From the NCBI GenBank assembly GCA_048772705.1, contig JBLWGC010000047.1:62001-126000 (forward strand): a stretch of 64,000 nt of DNA, given 5' to 3'. A program made the position numbers and the translations under genes. Source of the DNA: Leidyana gryllorum EB-2025a. Its lineage: Eukaryota > Protista > Apicomplexa. Below are positions 61,201 through 64,000 of this stretch, piece by piece. Position 1 is the stretch's first letter. Each line of letters opens with the position of its first letter. Under the pieces are notes generated by a model. It had not been told where the DNA came from. It saw nothing but the letters and a program-made list of their open reading frames with translations, and ran no database searches.

Positions 61201-63104
61201 CTTTACGTTCGCTCCACCCTCTTCGGGAACGGCGGCATTCGATGCCTCAGCGACCGCTGAAAGACCTCTCAGTGGTGCGACCGCTGCCCCGAGCAAAGGT
61301 GGTGAGAAACAGAAGAGTGCTCTGGCCGACTTTATGTCACGCACATCTCTCTTCGGTGGGAGGTCCGTGGAGTCGCTGGCGGCCGAAGCCGAGGCAACAG
61401 CCGCCCCTCGTTTCGGTAGTGAAGCGGCCGCCGAGGCTGCGGGCGTAAACCGAAAACGAGCTCGAAGTGCCGTCGAGAGTGGAGGCGAAGCTGGAGACGT
61501 GGAGAAACCACGAATGGTGTCAGCAGGTATCCAGACTGAACCAAACACAGAGTCGATGGAAGAGGAAACGTCTCCTACGACAACCGTTGTGCCCACCGGA
61601 AAGAGGATGAGAGCGGGAGACTCGACAATGAAAGAGATACCGTCAGACGATGTGAACGCGCTGCGGTCCTCAGCAGAGTCAACTGCGGCAGCGGTGACAG
61701 AGACGACGAGTCGCCGGGGCAGTGGACTCGTCATAGACTTGGAGAGAGCCAACAGTCGGCCCCCAAAGTCACACAAGAAGAAACGACACCGTTTGTTCCA
61801 CGACCCTTCGTCGCCATTGGGGCACGGCGCCAGTACCGTTGGAGTTCCAGAGTCACTGTTTGGCAATCATGTCAGAGACTGGGCCAACAGCGGAAGGGTC
61901 ACGGAGACTGCGACTCCCGCAGCGTCAGCCGAGAAGCCGGAAGACTCCCGGAGACCGGAACAGCAACAGACGGCAACAGAGAAGCCGGTGACCACGACAG
62001 AGACCACTGCGGAGAAAAGCAAAGCAGCCACAGAGACGAGTACTGAAAAGCCAAAGGAAGCGTCAGAGACGAGTACTGAGAAGCCCAGTAGAACCAGCTG
62101 GGCCGCAGGAATCACCTGGGGGGCCGCCAAGCCCACAACAGCCGCCGGGGGAACTGAGAAGCCTACAGGAGCCGGCTGGGGAGTCACGGTACCCGGCTGG
62201 GGAACCGCAAAGCCCACAGAAGCCGCTGGGGACACCTCGAAACCCACGGGTACCAGCTGGGCCGCCGGAGTCACCTGGGGGGCCCCGAAGCCCACGGGGG
62301 CCACCGAGGGAACCGAGAAACCCAAAGAAGCCACCGGAGAACAGGGAGCCGCAGAAGACGGGGCTGGGGCCTCATCGTCGTCTTCAAGTGCCCAGAAGGC
62401 ACCCGAGCCAAAGAAGAGCGCCTTCTCTGAGTTACCGTTGAATTTCGGCAGTGGTGCCAGTAAGGGTTGGGGCACCCCATCGAATGCTGGGAAGGAGGGG
62501 GAAACTCCGAATCACAAGGAGAATCAACGACCTTTCGGAGGCAGTCTGAGTCGTCTGGCCCCTGGAGGTGAGTGTTTGTTTATGCGTTTGGCGAATTATA
62601 ATGGTGTGTTCCGGCGCAGACCCATTGGTGTTGGATGAGTCACAGATTGGAATGGGTGGAGGAGGTGACCGGCCAACGTCAAGTCGTCCCGAGAAGTTCC
62701 TGGGTGAGGAGAATGAGGAGTTATTGGGAGTCGACTGGAACGCTGCTCTGATGAAATGTGTCAACACTGCCCCGCCAGACGCTACAAAGCCCGTATATAG
62801 GTATAGGCCGCAAGGGCATGGCTGCTTCCGGGTGCTGAAGAGCACAAGAGGAGATGGGGGGACTCGTGTGGTGTTTCGGCAAGTGGGAACCTGGAAGGTG
62901 TTGCTGAATAGTCCAGCTGAGGTACTGACAGGTTTGACAGCTCAAGATACCGCGGCTCACAATCATCTGCTCAAGTTTGGAGCCCTGGACACGTGTGCGG
63001 AAGGCGCTTCGTCGAGCACAGAACCTGTGTTTGCAATGTTTGCTGTGAGGTTCCCTGAACGAGCGAGTCGTGATGATATGCTGAAAGTGATCCAGAAACC
63101 GTGA
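58199..63104 (+). CDS. FG-repeat nucleoporin with C-terminal Ran-binding domain (Nup2/Nup50-like)
   Basis: First exon MKRSPN...RIKRKIRAP, dozens of SIFG/LFG/MFG repeats, and last exon LGEENEELL...GHGCFRVLK...TRVVFRQVGTWKVLLN in the RanBD pattern. Confidence 0.85.
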
Positions 63105-63185
63105 CCCCTATTTTCATCATGTATGTGTGGTTGATGTGTAGCAAGATGCATAGTGACAAACGACTGAAACTGTCATTTAGCGCTT

Positions 63186-63506
63186 CTACCGGAGTCTGCG
63201 AGCTTCACGCTCATTCTCGAGAAGGCACAGAATATCGCCTGTGATACACAAAGATGAGATAATACACCCAAAACCTAAACCTCCAATCTTACCAGTCTTC
63301 ACGGGACCCTTGACGTTTCTCAAAAGAGATCTGCGGTCCTCCACACGCAGGAACTCAACACGAACTTGAGTGACATTGCCACGGGATCCAGTCCTGCCAA
63401 TAATCTGAGTAACCTTAGCCAAGGTCACACCCTCGTCAATGACGGGAGCGGCCTCAAAAGCGTCTGCGGCGTTGGTAGTGGCCTTCGCAGTAGTGCCCTT
63501 AGCCAT
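63186..63506 (-). CDS. RPS28: 40S ribosomal protein S28 (eS28)
   Basis: [24 protein letters not shown]...RNVKGPVKT|[17 protein letters not shown], with a 54-nt stop-free intron 63239-63292. Confidence 0.97.
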   Translation of the reverse strand: MAKGTTAKATTNAADAFEAAPVIDEGVTLAKVTQIIGRTGSRGNVTQVRVEFLRVEDRRSLLRNVKGPVKTGKIGGLGFGCIISSLCITGDILCLLENEREARRLR

Positions 63507-63583
63507 CTTGAGTCCGGGGTCAGGAATCAATCGAAAAAATTTGAAAACGACACAAATCTCAGAGCGGACAAAACAATGACCCC

Positions 63584-64000
63584 TTACTTCCGCTTCCACA
63601 CCACGTCTAGGGTCATCTGACCCCTCTCACGGACCTTTTTAGTCTCATTATGCCCCTCATCTCCACTGCTGTCGCTCAGTTCAATAACTGCCCGCTTTCG
63701 GCCCAAATTCTGACTTTCTTCTTTCATTTCAACTTGAGCTCCGAAATGGTCTGGAGAACACTCCATTATCTCAATAGACGACGACGCGGAAGAGCTCTCA
63801 CTCTCCTCTCCTCCATCTGCATTCTTTGGGCTCGTCATCACGTTTTTCGATGACCCCTCATTATCACCCGCTCCGGAGGCTTTCGTGAATAACAAAAGCG
63901 ATCCTCTCTCCAGAAAATGGCTCGCTGTTATCCCCAATCGATTTACCTCGCGCCCTCTCGTCTTCTTCTCCTCCTGCACTGCTCCATCGATTTGTCTTAA
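63584..64000 (-). CDS. 3' end of an unidentified gene
   Basis: Low-complexity charged ORF ending WKRK, running in from the window edge. Confidence 0.45.
   Translation of the reverse strand, partial: LRQIDGAVQEEKKTRGREVNRLGITASHFLERGSLLLFTKASGAGDNEGSSKNVMTSPKNADGGEESESSSASSSIEIMECSPDHFGAQVEMKEESQNLGRKRAVIELSDSSGDEGHNETKKVRERGQMTLDVVWKRK

Noticed and set aside
58440-62340. Dispersed direct repeats resembling an array or CRISPR
   Set aside because: They are in-frame codons for FG/WG peptide repeats, without constant repeat-spacer periodicity or cas genes.
63239-63292. Apparent 18-aa insertion in RPS28
   Set aside because: It is a stop-free 54-nt GT-AG intron; removal restores the conserved sequence.

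Overview
This window is compact, GC-rich eukaryotic nuclear DNA with about 27 protein-coding genes. Most are interrupted by short GT-AG introns of roughly 40-60 nt, and intergenic gaps are very small (often 10-45 bp, sometimes overlapping). The RPB1 N-terminus and degenerate CTD, the long-N-terminus SET8 and the LEA-like gene fit an apicomplexan, possibly a gregarine-like lineage (inference). Recognisable genes, several only after manual splicing, are an acyltransferase-3, COG4, FHIT, an RCHY1/Pirh2-like CHY-RING protein, an ATM/Tel1 kinase, LSM7, RPB1, an ELO elongase, an M1 aminopeptidase, a CEP76-like protein, VMA21, SET8, a Nup2/Nup50-like nucleoporin and RPS28. The most notable items are: (1) an intronless secreted protein with an ETX/MTX2 (aerolysin-type beta-pore-forming toxin) signature; (2) gene packing that implies overlapping or polycistronic transcription, including head-to-head overlapping coding regions and an ATGA stop/start overlap; (3) a separate class of ~190-210 nt introns, some with snoRNA-like boxes or structure; (4) a tiny spliced single-EGF surface protein missed by the ORF track; (5) an ~11.6 kb multi-domain EF-hand/C2 membrane protein gene. 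No rRNA, tRNA, CRISPR array or mobile element was recognised. All family assignments come from motifs recognised by eye; no database search was run.
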